DNA of 64,000 bases from Octopus vulgaris (GCA_951406725.2 OX597820.1:80972001-81036000); one strand, 5' to 3'; positions 27,201 to 42,067 are shown, counted from the first letter of the stretch. Program-made: numbers and translations. Notes: a model not told the origin generated them from the letters alone.

Positions 27201-29143
27201 CCGTACTCTCCTGATTTGGCAGCAACGGATTTCCACCTCTTTCAATCTCTTTCAAATGCTATGCACGAAGTTTCATTCAATATTGATGCAGAATTGAGAG
27301 CTTGGTTGGATCAATTTTTCGAGTCAAAATTGGGTGATTTCTACCAAGGTATTGAAAATCTTGTTGACCATTGGGAAAAAGTTGTAAACAACAAGAGTGA
27401 ATGCATTATTAATTAGTTGTTATATTTTATTAAACCTTTTAAAAAATTAAGATTTAAAAAAACGGTGGGAACTTAGTTGCCAACCCAATATATGGCATCT
27501 AAGTCTTTCTGTAGAAAATTAGCATCAGAAGGTTCCTTGACTGCTTGTGCTACTTTTGTGTCATTGGCATGGCTGGTAAGTGTGGCTGTCTGTGTAACTG
27601 ATGATATGTCTGAAAGAGTCACCATGAACATTAGTGGCCCCAATACAGTTCTCTAAGGCACTCCACTTTCTATTAATGTCTCTGTGGAGAGGGCTCCATT
27701 GGCTACTACAACCTGGCTTCTGTCTTTTAAGAAGTCATGCAACCACTCTCCAATTTTCCCAGTCATGCCAAGTCTCTATAGTTTGTGACATATCCCGTGA
27801 TCAACCTTATCAAAGGCCTTTGCAAAGTCAAGATATATCACATCTACATTTGAGTGATTCATTAATTCTTTTAACACCCAGTATAGTGTCGTAAATACTG
27901 TGTAAGGCAGCTTTTGCCTGAGCGAAAGCCATGCTGGATGTCAGGAAGCAAGTCATTATCTTCAAGGAATGCAATTAGTTTCTTCCTGACAATGCGCTCC
28001 ATGACTTTGCTGGCATAGGAGGTTAGAGAGACAGATCTATAATTCTTAGCATCTGCTCTGCTACCTCCCTTATGGACAGGGCATATAATGCTTTCCTTTA
28101 ACTTTTGGGGAAGTCTCCCTGTTGTGAGGAAGCTCTGGAAGAGAATCTGAAGTGGTCTAGCTAGAGTCCCTTAGCATTTCTCTAAGAGGATTGTTGGGAA
28201 TCCATCAGGGATTATTGCTGAGTTTGAGCTCATCTCATCAATGGCTAATACCTCATCAGTTTCCTCTATGTTGATGCTGTCAATAATTGCCATTTTGTGT
28301 AGATCTGTGGAGCCAAAGAACTCATCAGGCATAGCTACTTGCATGTGTTCCAGTGGAGTGTATTGCACATTCAGTATTTCACTGATCCGCTGGGGTCTGC
28401 AGTCGGCGAGCCATTTTCTTCAAGTAGTGGTCCTATTTTGTACCATACTGAATCAGATTCTTTTGCATATCTATAGCAGGTTCTAGGGTTTGTCTTAATA
28501 TTTTTGACAACCCTGGTCTCCTTTCCTGCCCTCATCTTTTCAAGGGAGCATTTGAGTTCATTTTCAATCTTGATAATATTCATTTGGGGTAGGATCGTTT
28601 GTAATCCCTAAGTGGCCCAATGAGACGATTTGAGATTTTTGTTCATCATCTCATTAGAATCCTCCTATCACTGGGTATTATATTTTTCTGCTGGCTTGGA
28701 ATTCTCTCTGGAGCAAACTTACTACAGATGTCATAAAGTGTTGTATTTTTATGTCAATATCTTCTGTAGAGAGACTGGCTGATCAGTTATGTTCCATGAC
28801 ATCTTTCTCAAATACCCTTCCAATCAGCTATGTGAAAATTCAGGCTGGAGAGGAGTTGGATGCTTCTAGTAACCTGCATGTCTGCGGTCTTTTGCGGACC
28901 ATACATTGTTAGTTCTATTAAGTTATGGCCCAAGAAAATCTTTGGTGTAACTCTAACATTATGGATGAGTGCCATGTTCTTTGTGAAACAGAAATCCAGG
29001 ACATTTTCCCCCTTATTGAGTAGAGCATTATTTGCTCCATAAAGAGCATGCTAGTGATGCCAGGCAGAGATTCTGCATGCTTCAGGCCTCACAGTGACAT
29101 ACCTGAGAGAAAGTATGTGTGTGTGTGTATATATGTATGTATA

Positions 29144-29181
<38 letters not shown>

Positions 29182-30969
29182 CATGCAGGAAGTAAATAGA
29201 CACCTTTAATTTTCAAAATGTTTTATTTAATACACAAAGCAAATAATTGAAATATGATCGATAGATAGGACTACATACTTTAGTATTTAGTTGACATTCC
29301 CATTGCAGATTTTAATTCAGAAACTATTTTTGGCATTGAACTGATGAGCTTTGTGATTGTCTCTTGTGAAATTTCTGCCTACTTTTCACATAACAATCGA
29401 AATAATTCACCTTTAGATTTAGGTTTCTGTTGAGTTTTTTCATATAGCTCTATCTAGTATGCCCCAAAGATTTTCAATTGGGTTCATGTCAGAAGATTGG
29501 CTTGGCCAAGGAAGCTTTTTGATCCCATTTTCAGTCAACCATTGTTGATTCCTTTTCGCTGTGTGGCATGGAGCCCCATCTTCCATGAATAAAAACTCAT
29601 TTTTCATTATGTTATCGTGTGAATACATCGGAAGTAGTCCTTGCTTAAGTATTTCGATGTATTTTTCAGAGTTTATGGTTCCAATACATTCGATCAGCTC
29701 AGAACGACCATTGCTGGTGACAGCTCCCCATACCAATACAGAGATACCACCATGTTTCACAGTTGGTTGGAGTCATTTCAAATCAGATTCTTGATTGGGA
29801 AGCCTCCAAACCCAAACACGTCCACTGTCTGAAAATAATGCAAATCTGGATTCATCTGAGAAAATCACTCTATCCCAAAATGAACTGGATTTTTCTGACA
29901 TCTCCTTAGCCCATTTCATTCTTTTCATGATATTAACTTGTTGAAGGAGAGGTTTTCTTCTAGCTGCTCATCCATAATACCCAAGCTTATGCAGATATGT
30001 AACACACGTTCTTGGACTAACTTCTAGCTGTTTTGCAATGTCAGAAGCCTTTGAATGGGGTTCGTTTTCCACAATTCTCTTCAAACAGTGAAGCTTCCTT
30101 TCCAAGGGCCCAGGTAAGCTGGGACAAGAATCTATTGATTCTTTTCCTTGGCTTTTGAATTGCACTATAATTCTATTAACAGTAGCAAGAGGAATTTGAA
30201 GAATTTCGGCAATTTTTTACTGGCTAAGACCAGACTCAGATTGTTCAACAGTACGACCTCTTTGAAAATCTGATAGTTCTGCTGAATTTTTTGTGCGTGG
30301 CATGGTTACTCTTCACAAATGTTTAATATAATGGCACCTGGAATGAAAAAGAATAATTAGATTGTAAATTCTACACTGCTAAAAACATATTAAGAAATTT
30401 TGAAAATTAAAGGCGTCTATTTACTTCTTGCATGTCTGAGTATATATATGCATATTGTAGTAAAGATTGTTTGCCAACATAACATGGCAGTCCTAGTTTA
30501 GGACAAATATTGCTGTAATTTAGCCCCAGGAGACATTGTCTCCAGCTGGCTATACGATACGATCTGTCTCCTTATATTTTTGAACAAGGGAATCTAGCAC
30601 CCCCACTCAGCTCAAAACAATATCTGTGTATCACGATTTCCAGATTAGTTCCCTTCATCAGCACAGAATAATTGTTTGGCTGATGAAGAGAAATAACCCA
30701 GAAATCGCGATACACAGACATTGTTTTGAGTTGAGTGGGGGTGCTAGATTCCCTTATTTGAAAATATAAGGACACAAATCGTATCGTATAGCCAGCTGGA
30801 GACAATATCTCCTGGGGCTAAATTACCGCAACATTCATCTTACACAAGGACTGCTATGTTATGTTGACAAACAATCTTTACTACAAAGTCCTGTTGCTGA
30901 ATATCTCACGTTGTGAGATTTAAAAATAGTAATTCTCTAAAATATGTATCTACATATATAAAGATGAGA

Positions 30970-31012
<43 letters not shown>

Positions 31013-34000
31013 TGTCTGTATGAATCCCTAAAACTCGAGAACTACCCAACCGATTTCATTTAAATTTTTACACATGCCTTATTTACAGTCTGTGCAACAT
31101 CATGGGCCAAAAGAATTTTCAACTTGTTGCCTAATATGAGCCCACAGTAATCTCTTATCTCTTACACTATTTCAGTATTATGTGTCAAAAGTGAAACAAT
31201 AATATCTCTCTGTTGCAATGTGAGATATTTTCAGTTTAATACTTTCACTATTTTAGTGAAACTATTACCTCACATATATACATGCATACATATATATATA
31301 TTTGTCATAAACACTCATTCACTGCTACTAATAACTGTTGGGAACCCTTTCAGACCTGCCTTACATTCGAACCAGAATCTCAAAAACGTTAGAGACTGAA
31401 CATCGGCATAAAGTTCAAACTTTATCAGGCAAAGATTGTCTGAAATTTTGTCTGGAGAGAAGATCCACACTTGTTGCAAAAGTGTTACAGTGATATGATA
31501 TGGATGTTGTAGCATTAGCCAAAACAAAAATTCATGGAAAAGGGAATTTTGTTGAGAAATCTGATGGGTATCATTTATTTTGGAGCAGTAGAGAGGAGAC
31601 CTGTAAGAGAGAATCAGGGGTGAGATTTGTAATCAAATCCAACTCTGGTTTCAAAACTTGAGGAACTACCATGTAGTCTTTCTGATCGTTTAATGTCTTT
31701 AAGACTTCCATTAAGAAAAGGTCATTATGCAACACTCATTCTCTTTCCTTTTATTCCAACTCTTGCTTTCCTTCCTTGCCATAAACTGTGTCATGTTGAT
31801 TCTGTTGCAGATTACATGTGTTTGTGGAATACTCATACAATACTTAAGCATACTTAAGCAACAGACCAGTTGACCTAACAACTGAATACTAATCATTAAA
31901 ACTAACTGAAGTCCATTTACATTTACTTATGCATTTGCTTATATGTATCTATAGCTTGGCTTGGATTTTCAATTTAAGATGCAGTTGTTGGGCCACATCT
32001 ATGACATATAACATGTCTTGTGCAGTTAAACCTAATGGAGCCCATTACACTCTTCACAGCAGATTTCTTTCCACAGAGGGAATGAGTAGAATCAGCAACA
32101 ATACTGGGCTGGTAATTTATTTGTCAACACTGTTAAGATAAAAGCAAACATGGTCTCAGCAGCATTTGACCTCAGAGCACTAATGTAGTGTGTATGGATA
32201 TGTGTATACATGTATGTATACATACACAACTATACACACACACACACACAGTCACACAATGAACTCAGAATATAAGGACAGACAAAATGCTGTTAAGCAT
32301 TTTGCCCAGTGTCCTAACAATTCTACCAACCCACTGCTGGTTATATATTGATATGTATTCATTACATTAGAAGATAAAGCTATTATTAAAACATGAATCA
32401 TGGCTTCTAGATACACATTTTGAATTACAACTGAAAGAATATGCTGTGCAGTAGAAAACCTCTAATTGAAGAAAAAGAAGCAGATGATACTTGGCAAAGT
32501 AAAATGTCATTTATGTCTGATTACCTTATAATGGCGTACTTTTAAGGAGAAAACACTAATAATGGATTTTATCCAACTTGGACTTCTGAAAGTTGATGGC
32601 TGCAAGAAAAACATGGTCAGAAAGGGAATTCTACATCATTAATATATGCCAGTATATATTGACCAGATTGTGGTATCATCTTATCAGGCAAAAGTATTGT
32701 TGCAAACACAATAATGCCACTATCTATCAAAAGGATCACTTTGTAAGAAAGTTTGAATGTATCCAGAAGACTGACAATATATCTAGTAATTTATTTACTG
32801 GACAGTGCCAGAAGCTAGTGGTGTGAAATGTCTTGATCATGGACATTAGAAATAATGAAGCAAAACTCAAGTAACTATTTTTTCAACCTATGAATGTTCT
32901 AACTGTCTAAATAAATTATGAGATTTAAAGCTAAAATATTTGCCTTTATAAAAATAAGAGCTGATAAATTACAATGATAATTAGTTATATAGTGAATGTT
33001 ACCAAGAATAAGAACCAATCTCTTGCCCTGTTCCAGTTCCCTTTTATACCATACCTTTATCTCCACTTGGGCTGTTATTGTGAATAAGAATGTGTATCTA
33101 GAACCATGATTCATGTTTTAATAATAGTTTTATCTTTTAATGTAATGAATACATATCAATATATAACCAGCAGTAAGATGGTGAGCTCGCAGAATTGTTA
33201 GGACACTGGGCAAAATGCTCAACAGCATTTTGTCGGCCCTTATATTCTGAGTTCATATTCTGCTGAAATCAACTATTATTCCTCAATTTTCTCTCAAACT
33301 CTCTTAATTATTTGATGTGAGTCACCCACATACACTCTATAACACAACACCACCTTGAATATTTGTAAAAGTCTTTGCATTCTAAAAGTTAGTAAACTTT
33401 CAATACTGTGAGAATATAAGAAATTCTAACCTACAAATACTCCAAACAGTTAATAACATGTCAAAAGTTTTGTATTGAAGAGCAGCTAATCATCATAGAA
33501 AGTTAATTTTTGATATTGTCACAAACTGTAGGAGAGAGATATAATCATTTGAATTGATCTTGCTACATGATCTCTACTTTTTTTAATCACTCCCAGAGAG
33601 GTTAATGGAAATGTTAGATATGGAAAGAATATAAAGGGATATAAATAAATACTTCAAGTTGTTTTATTTTCATAAGAATGCACTCAGAACAAAGTTAAAT
33701 GATCATTTATATCAACATCCGGAACACTCTTTAGTAAAGAATGCTCTATTTGAAAAATTGACAATCCTTAGTTTGTAGCACTTCAGACTAAAGTAGAATA
33801 CAATAGCAATGAGACCCTTCAAGTTTGCTAGCTTTATTGCTAGGAAGCAACAAAAACCACAAAGTCCATCCCATGACTTGCTTTTAAATTTCTGAAAGTT
33901 GAAAATTGGCAAACCTCTTCACAGGATTTTTGTATGACATTTCCTCACTAGAAACATGACACAAACAAGTAAAATGTTTGTTTTTAGTAACACCATATTT

Positions 34001-34135
34001 TGGGCGATGCAATTACTCTCTTGACAAATGTACAACAAAATTTAGGTTTGCTGCTTCCATTCCTCTCAATTCACATTACATCATGGAAGTTTCACTTTGT
34101 TTTATCACAATGTTAATGTAAATATAATATATATA

Positions 34136-34190
<55 letters not shown>

Positions 34191-37100
34191 GTACATAGAT
34201 ATAACACTGATCATTTATTTAAAACATTGTTAAGTAATCTTTCTGATTGTAGAAATAAATACTTTTCTCTACATTTTGCTTATATGAGAAAATGGAAAAT
34301 AATGAAGTTTTATTAGTCCTATAACTTTTCTACACTGCTTTTTTTTTTCAAAAGACTTCAGAAGGCCCACCTTCCTTTCACATGGAAGTGAGGAGGTTTA
34401 AATTGAGTTGGAATAGAGCTAACAAGATTAGAAGAAGATAACAAAGCTCAACAGTGAGTAGTGGTTGTTTATTGTTGCTGGGTGCTGATTTGCCTGTCAG
34501 AAAGTCTCTCACTTTTCACTATGATTCTGTCTAGAATATGCAGTGTACAAGGTGGTATCAAAAAGTTCCTGGACTAGTTATGTTTAATAAAAAAAAAATA
34601 ACTTATGTCACTTTGCACAGCAATACACCAGTCCCAGTGTTCCTGCCACTTTTGGAATCTAATCTGAAAGTAGTTTTCCATGAGTCGAGGACTTTCTGTG
34701 ATTCACTCTGGCTGGTGTTAAAATGGTAACCTTTGAGCTGCATTTTCATCTTGGAGAAGAGATAGAAGTCTGTAGGTGCTAAATCTGATGAATAGGTTGA
34801 GTGTGGAAGCAATACCATATTGTTTTTGGTGAGAAAGGAGAGCTCATTGATGGGGTGCATTATCATTGTGAAGAATCCAATTCTTCATGCTCCACAGATC
34901 TAGTTGCTTTCGCTGAATGACCTTCCTCAAATGTTTCAAAACATTGCAGTAGATCTCTAAATCGACAGTCTGGTCCCAGGGCATGGATTCCCAATGTAAA
35001 ATACCTTGGATGTTGAAAAAAATGACAAGCATGCTCTTGATTGAGCTGTGTCTCTGTCATGCCTTCTTTGGTCGTGGAGATGAAGGGTTCTTCCATTGTA
35101 ATGACTGCTGCTTTGTCTCAGGGCCATACCCATAGACCCAACTCTCATCACCGGAGATAATCCTTGACATGAAGGATGAGTTATTAGTGACATGCTGACG
35201 GAGATTTTCACAGACTTCAACATGATGTTCTTTCTGCTCAGTAGTCAGCAGGTATGGGGACAAACTTGGCAGAGACATGTTACATGTTCAATCCAGACAT
35301 AAGGATTGCCTGCACGGACTCATATGACCAACAACATCAGCAATGTTGTTGATTGTCCTCTGAAGATTCTCATGCACAAGCTGATAAATTTTCTCCATAA
35401 TTTCGGAGGTAATACTTGTGGCAGGTCTTCCAGATCACTCATGGTCTTCTACTTTTGAAGCCCCTGTGTCACTTGAAACATTGCATACAACCCGTTGCCT
35501 TGTTGCTGTAAGCTTGCTGAAGCCTGCTTAATGTCTCTGTAGCAGACTTCCCAAGTTTAACACAAAATTTCATGTTGGCTTGCTGTTCCATCACAAAATC
35601 GCAGACTACAGCATACACATGATCACAAAAACAGAAATTTCACAACTTGCGAAGTAAACATAGCAATGTCACTCAGCACACTGCCTCATGAAGGTCACTG
35701 CTAGCTCTCACTGTGTATGCAACAGTGTGCTGTCATCTGTTGGCTTGCTACAGAACTAGTCTGGGAACCTTTTGATACCACCTCACATGTAAACAGCACA
35801 CAGTATCCTTTGCAACTAAGGAGATGACATCTGATTGTAACTAAAATATTTCAGACCTTTTCATGTAGATTTTATGCTGATGTGAGTGCATGGCACTAAT
35901 GAGGAGAAAATATTGTGAAATATTGACATAGTCATTCATTGTTTACTTCTGGAGTGGTTTCTTTTTGCCTATTCTTGAAGTATTCTGTGTTCTTTTCCAA
36001 TACATCTTTAAAAGAGGCTCCCTTAAATGAAATACACAGCTACAAGCATCTAACAGGTCACATATATTAAGTATGTAATATTGATATAATGCTTACATTT
36101 TTAAGCTGCTTCCAGTGTTGCCAACTTAAAATCAGATTTTATGCTAAATTTCAATAGATAAAATACCCCCCCCCAAAAAAAAAATGCTAAAGACTAATTA
36201 TATCAAAAAGTATAATTTTTATTTAAGTTTTTATTTACTTTCTTTAATTATATTCAGCATTTAGAAATAATTTCACTGATTTGATCACTTTCAACTGCAG
36301 TGCCTAGGTTTTGACTTCTGTATACATTCAAGGTCCCAAACTTGTTAATTATGTGTTTTGGAATATCAAAGTTTTTGCAACATTTGCTATATCTTTCCAG
36401 ACCATATTTTATAGACAGTATTGGTCTCAGAATAGGAAGATGCATTTTGTTTTTCAATTTTGATTTGATTACACCCATATTACTGAACAACCATTCAACT
36501 TCTGCATTTGAGTTTGGCAATGTCAATAGATTATTGGCAAAATTTGCAACATCTCTAAAAAGATTTCCTCCAGTAGCATCTTTATATTCCAAGACTTCCA
36601 GCCAGAATGCCTCAGTATTAGACATATTTGTCCATTTAGCTAAATGAATGCTATTAAACCGATTTTCAATTGAAGCAATTTTTTCTTTATTTAAATGCCT
36701 TGATTCTAAGACAGGTAAAATTGGCTCTTTGAAATGGTGCAAAATATTCTCTACTGAAAAACATTTGATATTCCTCAGTATATTAATATTTCCTGGCAAA
36801 CAGTGCTTGAGCTCTTTATAAAGGCAGAATAAAAATTGTGCTCTTTTGCAAATATTATTTTCTTTGGTAGCTTTTACAGTCTTCTTGATAATCATTTCTG
36901 CTATCTTTCTCTCGAACCTGTAGCCTGAATTTGGTTTAAGATGCAAAAATTTTTCAATAGAAGCATCTGGATCAAGAGGATCAATTCTACATGTTGGCAA
37001 CACTATCATATTAGCAACAGATTTGATCAAATTTGAAAGATCTTCAAGTAATTTTGTTTTGTCAACAGTGTTTGACTCAAACAGTTTATTCACTTCCTGA

Positions 37101-40100
37101 ACATGTTTTAAAATTGGATGCAAAAATAAAAAGTAAAGTTCATTCCTAGAATCACAAAACATTTCATGTAATGTTTGTGCTGTAAAGCATTTTCTTTCGT
37201 AGTTGTAGTTTGGAAGTGAGTTTGCAATTCAAATCATTGGCTTAAAATTCTATTTACCTCTGGTTCTATTGACAGCGACCTAGTCGTACAAGAATTCACG
37301 ATCTTCAAAGGCTCTTAATCATTGATAGCAAGATAAAGTTGTTTGTAGGCACTTTGTCTTGCTGAAGAATGGGAGGACCATTTATAGGCTTCAAGTACTA
37401 AAAATTCTAAATTTATGGGCAAGCATTCAGCACAAATGTGGAATACTACCAACTGGAAAGAATGACAACATACCATTATTGACTTCTATCATTACTCTAT
37501 AGCATTGTCAGTTCCTGTAGCTAGTAAATTTTTTATATCTAATTTCTTTTTCACTAATTCAGTTTTTAAGGCATCTACAATGCCATCTGCATCACATGTT
37601 TTTAAAGGTACCATACTGAGATATATCTGTACCACTTTTTTGTGAGTGTCACTATAATATATGATAACAATTCCTAACAACTTGTTTATTGATATATAAT
37701 TGGATTCATCTAATAGCTGGCTAAATTTTCTATCTCCTATATCAAATCTCCATCAAAATATGGAGCTAGAACATTTCTCACAATATTTGCACATTTTGTA
37801 CGATGCAACTTCACTTTGGATATAATATCACTATCAGACATGTAATTCTTACATAACTCTATTAAGTGATCACAGCTATTAAATGATGAGTGGCAACAAA
37901 TAAATATTGCTGAATTTGCTTCAAGCACAAATGCTTTATCATTTTTGGTTTTAATGAAATTGGTAAGAGGAATCATTTGCTGTGGAGTTGATGCCTTATG
38001 TTTATTTGCTTCACAGTGGCTTACTAAAAGAGAATATCTTGCCAACATATTACATCTACAATATCTGCAATGTGCTTTAGATTGGTCACTAGGCACTTCA
38101 CACAACAACCTGGTACAACTTCGTTTTTTCTTTGTTCATTATAATGTGGTGGGAAGCAAGATAATAAATTGAATGATTAGTAAAAACATAAAATTGAAAG
38201 CACAACTTATCAGTTTGCCGCTAACAATTCTTTCATTTGTCATTAACAATTCATATGTTTGCTGCTTAGAAATTCTTGAGGTGAAGAATACTGATTCAGG
38301 ATGCAGGGTGGCCAACTTATAAATGGAAAAGTAAAATCTGCAGAAATCCTAAAACTGTGTTCTGACATAAACCTGGGAACATCAAATTTTGCTTCCAATC
38401 TTACATTTTATATCTATTGGTAAAACCACAAATATAACTACAGTACTTGAAAAAAAAAAAGTAAGTAGAAATATAAAGGGGGAGACCCCACCTCCCCGTA
38501 CTTCTATACAAGATATATAATCCAGAACATCATCATCATTTAACGTCCGCTTTCCATGCTAGCATGGGTTGGACGGTTCAACTGGGGTCTGGGGAGCCCG
38601 AAGGCTGCACCAGGCCAGTCAGATCTGGCAGTGTTTCTACAGCTGGATGCCCTAAGCATGAAAAAACATAGGCCTATTTTAAAATAGTCAAACTGAAATT
38701 ACTTTCAGTCAACCTGTCATGATAAAAACTCATCAATACAGAATAAAGCATTGTTAGAACGAATTTCCATACTTTCATTCTTTGCAGCATATTTACATTA
38801 TTGTGTAGTGAGTTCAAGTGCTGACATGAATTATCTTCTCTCCCCCCACCCACCCTCCACCAGCACCACTCTGTATGCAAGCTGGAAAAGTTCGTAACTT
38901 GATAAACTTTCATTTGAAGATTCAAGAAAGTGAAAGAAAAATTTAACAATAGCCGATAGGACTAAAATTTAGCTGTAAGATACATTAACAAAAGTAGAAA
39001 AGGAAGTGGAAATGTCATTCATGATCAGAGAAAAATGCTAAATAAAATTTTAAACCTGCTAGATTCAAAAATTTTCTGCTGAATGCTGAAAAAAACATGC
39101 TAGATCTAGCATAAAATCTGCTAAATTGGCAACCCTGGCTGCTTCTAACAAATTTGAATTTTATTATACCTTTGCTATGCTTTTACACATCAGCAGATAG
39201 ATTTCATGCTATCTGCATGTACTTCTGGCTAGCACTTTTAATTTATTTCAGAAGTGAGGCAAGTATGTGGCACTGATGAGCTGAAGATACTGTGAAATAT
39301 TGATTTATGTCATTTTCGTTCACTTCTAGAGCAGTTTCATTTTACCTAGCTTAGCAGTATACTGTGTTTTTTTAACACTATATATCTTTAAAAGCACCTC
39401 CCTTAGATAAAATACCACAGCTACATGCATTTAACATTTACACATACATGATATGATATTGATAATGTTTATATTATTGAGCAGCTGCAAACACAAAATT
39501 TTGATTGATTGATAGATAGATAGATAGATAGATACAAACAATATACACATGAATATATAGTATGTAGAAGGGGTTATAGTTCAAGCTGTGTTTTTATAAA
39601 GCACTTCTGCATGTTCTCATTAATCAAATGTATTTATATAGATATTTTATTTCAGATGGGATATACATGGTGATTGAAACTTCAAGTGAATGCTATTTGC
39701 AGAGTATTTACGTGTCAAAACTGGAAAAAAATTGGTATAATTTCAATTCCATGTTACACATGCTTTATTACAGGACAGGAGTCACAAAGGCATACACATG
39801 CAGAAAAATATGTACATAATCTCCTGTCTGTAATTCTTCAAACTGATTCAAAAGTGCTTTTTTTCTACATGTATATCTTTCTGACCTTCTATCCCATACT
39901 GAAACATGTATAACATGGAATTAGAAATATACCAAACTTTCCAGAATTCTGTTTTAAGTTACACACACACACACACACACATACATGTGGGTGTGAGTGT
40001 GCGAGCATGTGTAATATATATGAATATAGGAAATATTTAAGGTTTCTAAGTTCTGGTTAGATTCCAAAGGGTGGCCAACTGAGACTATGGATATTAGTCA

Positions 40101-42067
40101 AACATTTCATTCCTGGGCTGCACTTAGGTCTCCTACCAGTTGGCTTGGCTTGAAGAATTCATCTTGCAGTTTGTTTCCGCAACATACTAATTTTTATATT
40201 CATCATTGAGTTTTTGGTATAAAGGCTCAGCAATCATTTCAAAATAAACAGGATGATCTACTTAAATAAAATTAACTCCTGTTCAGGTGGTAGTGATTTT
40301 TACTTATATATTTGATAATGATTTCAGAGTGAGGTAATCTATTTTGGAAAATCAAATACTTTCGCCTTCATGGGTAGTAAGCCATTTGCCATTTATGTAT
40401 TGTATCTCAATTTGTTAAGTCAGTCAACACTGCTATATCTTTTTCTTACAATATTTCATTAAAAGCAAAACAGCTGAGGATAGTTTGAAAATACCAAGCT
40501 ATTCTTCATTCTTTTTGTTTAAGAAATTGTTTGATATCTCTCCTTTTGTAGATACTGTTGTTACACATGCAAACTTTTTACGTTTCCGAAGAGGAGTTTA
40601 CAATAATATTCATGGAGAGGATATGAAACCTGATGAAATGAAGAAATCAATGCAGCATTTTGAACATATGGATGTGGATAACAAAGGAGAAATTAACTGG
40701 AAAGATTTTATAAACAGTGAAGTCATCAGAATTCTCAAGCAACGGCCTGAAGTAATGTCTTAAAATATTTGAGTAAATTTTATAATTATTCAAAATTTTA
40801 TCATAAAACTCAGCAATTTTATCAATTTAAATTTCTTACTCATGATATTTAAATAGTAGCTGAACAACTTTTTAATTTATATTTGAGAATTTGTCTTTGT
40901 CTTAATTTTTATATGCTTAGACAATTATTTTCCCTGTGATATATACCTTTCTAACATGATTTTGCATAAATCCTGTGGTTGACCATTTTGACAATTTTTA
41001 TTTATAGCATAAGATAACATGTCTTTTAAAACCAAAAGAAATAGAAGAAATGCGTACCATATTCAGAAGTATTGATAGCCTTGGCCAAGGATCTGCCAAA
41101 AAGAATGCTGTTCAAGGTGCATTCATTAAATGGCTAACTAAAAGGAAGAAAATCTCTGTTTCAAAAAGTAAATCCAGAAAATGGTGAGTCAGTTATATCA
41201 GACTCTTGTATATCTTATACAATAGATAGATCTAGTCATTTTTGAATCCTTTAATATAACTTGTTTATTTCTTTCATATGTAGTTTAACCTCCAGAATAT
41301 CCCTGATTGAGCATAGCTATGATCAAAGGTGGAATACTACCACCCAAGTGCTGGAACCATTTTATTCTGTGTATCCTTCTTTTCTGTGACTGTAAAATAT
41401 AAGTTGAGAGAGATTTGGATGTTATTTCTAGCATGTCAAATTATTATGTAGATAAATGCTCTCTCATTGGTTCATTTTCAGTATGTATGTTTATGATGTT
41501 TAACATGATTAACTTGACCAAGAATTGTCAGTAATATAACAATTGTAATTACAAGCTTTAATTGATTGGAGCACCATGTAAACAATCATTATTACATTCA
41601 CTAAAGAAAGGAGTAAGAACTGTAAGAATTTATTATGAAAATTATACTAAATTTCAAATATCAATGTGGTAAGAGTTTAAATTTCATGATTTAATAGAAA
41701 ACTGTTTCAGAAACTGAATAAATATTTATTCATTCAATGTTTGTTTATTGCTTCAGTTCTTTGGATGAAAAAAGAAACAAAGAATATATTCGCAAACGAT
41801 CACTACCTGAAGATAATTCCAAGTAAGTTTCACGAACTTTATGGATTAAAAAATAAAGAAAGAAAGAAAAATGATTTCAAATTTTGGCATAAGGCCAGTG
41901 ATTTTTAGTAGGAGGGGGTTAGTCAATACCAAGTCTATTATTATGTCAACCCACCAAAAGGATGAAAGACAAAGTTGACCTGTGTGAGATTTGGGCTTAA
42001 CATGTAAAGAACCAAAAAAATGCCATTAAACATTTTGTCCGACACTATGAATTCTGCCAGTTTACCA

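Larger units (their letters stand above)
30455..30886. repeat. 432-bp fold-back palindrome, probably an inverted pair of Penelope terminal repeats
   Basis: Arms of ~210 bp, TTGTAGTAAAGATTG... / ...CAATCTTTACTACAA, nearly abutting at ~30670. Confidence 0.9.

Noticed and set aside
27150-27416. SETMAR-like host gene
   Set aside because: Only a mariner C-terminal fragment next to its TIR; no SET domain
32420-33088. Possible piggyBac transposase remnant between the inverted repeats
   Set aside because: Motif resemblance is too weak to call without a search
36254-37162. 302-aa ORF as a domesticated transposase gene
   Set aside because: Upstream catalytic region is broken by stops and frameshifts, and the element retains TIRs and TSD
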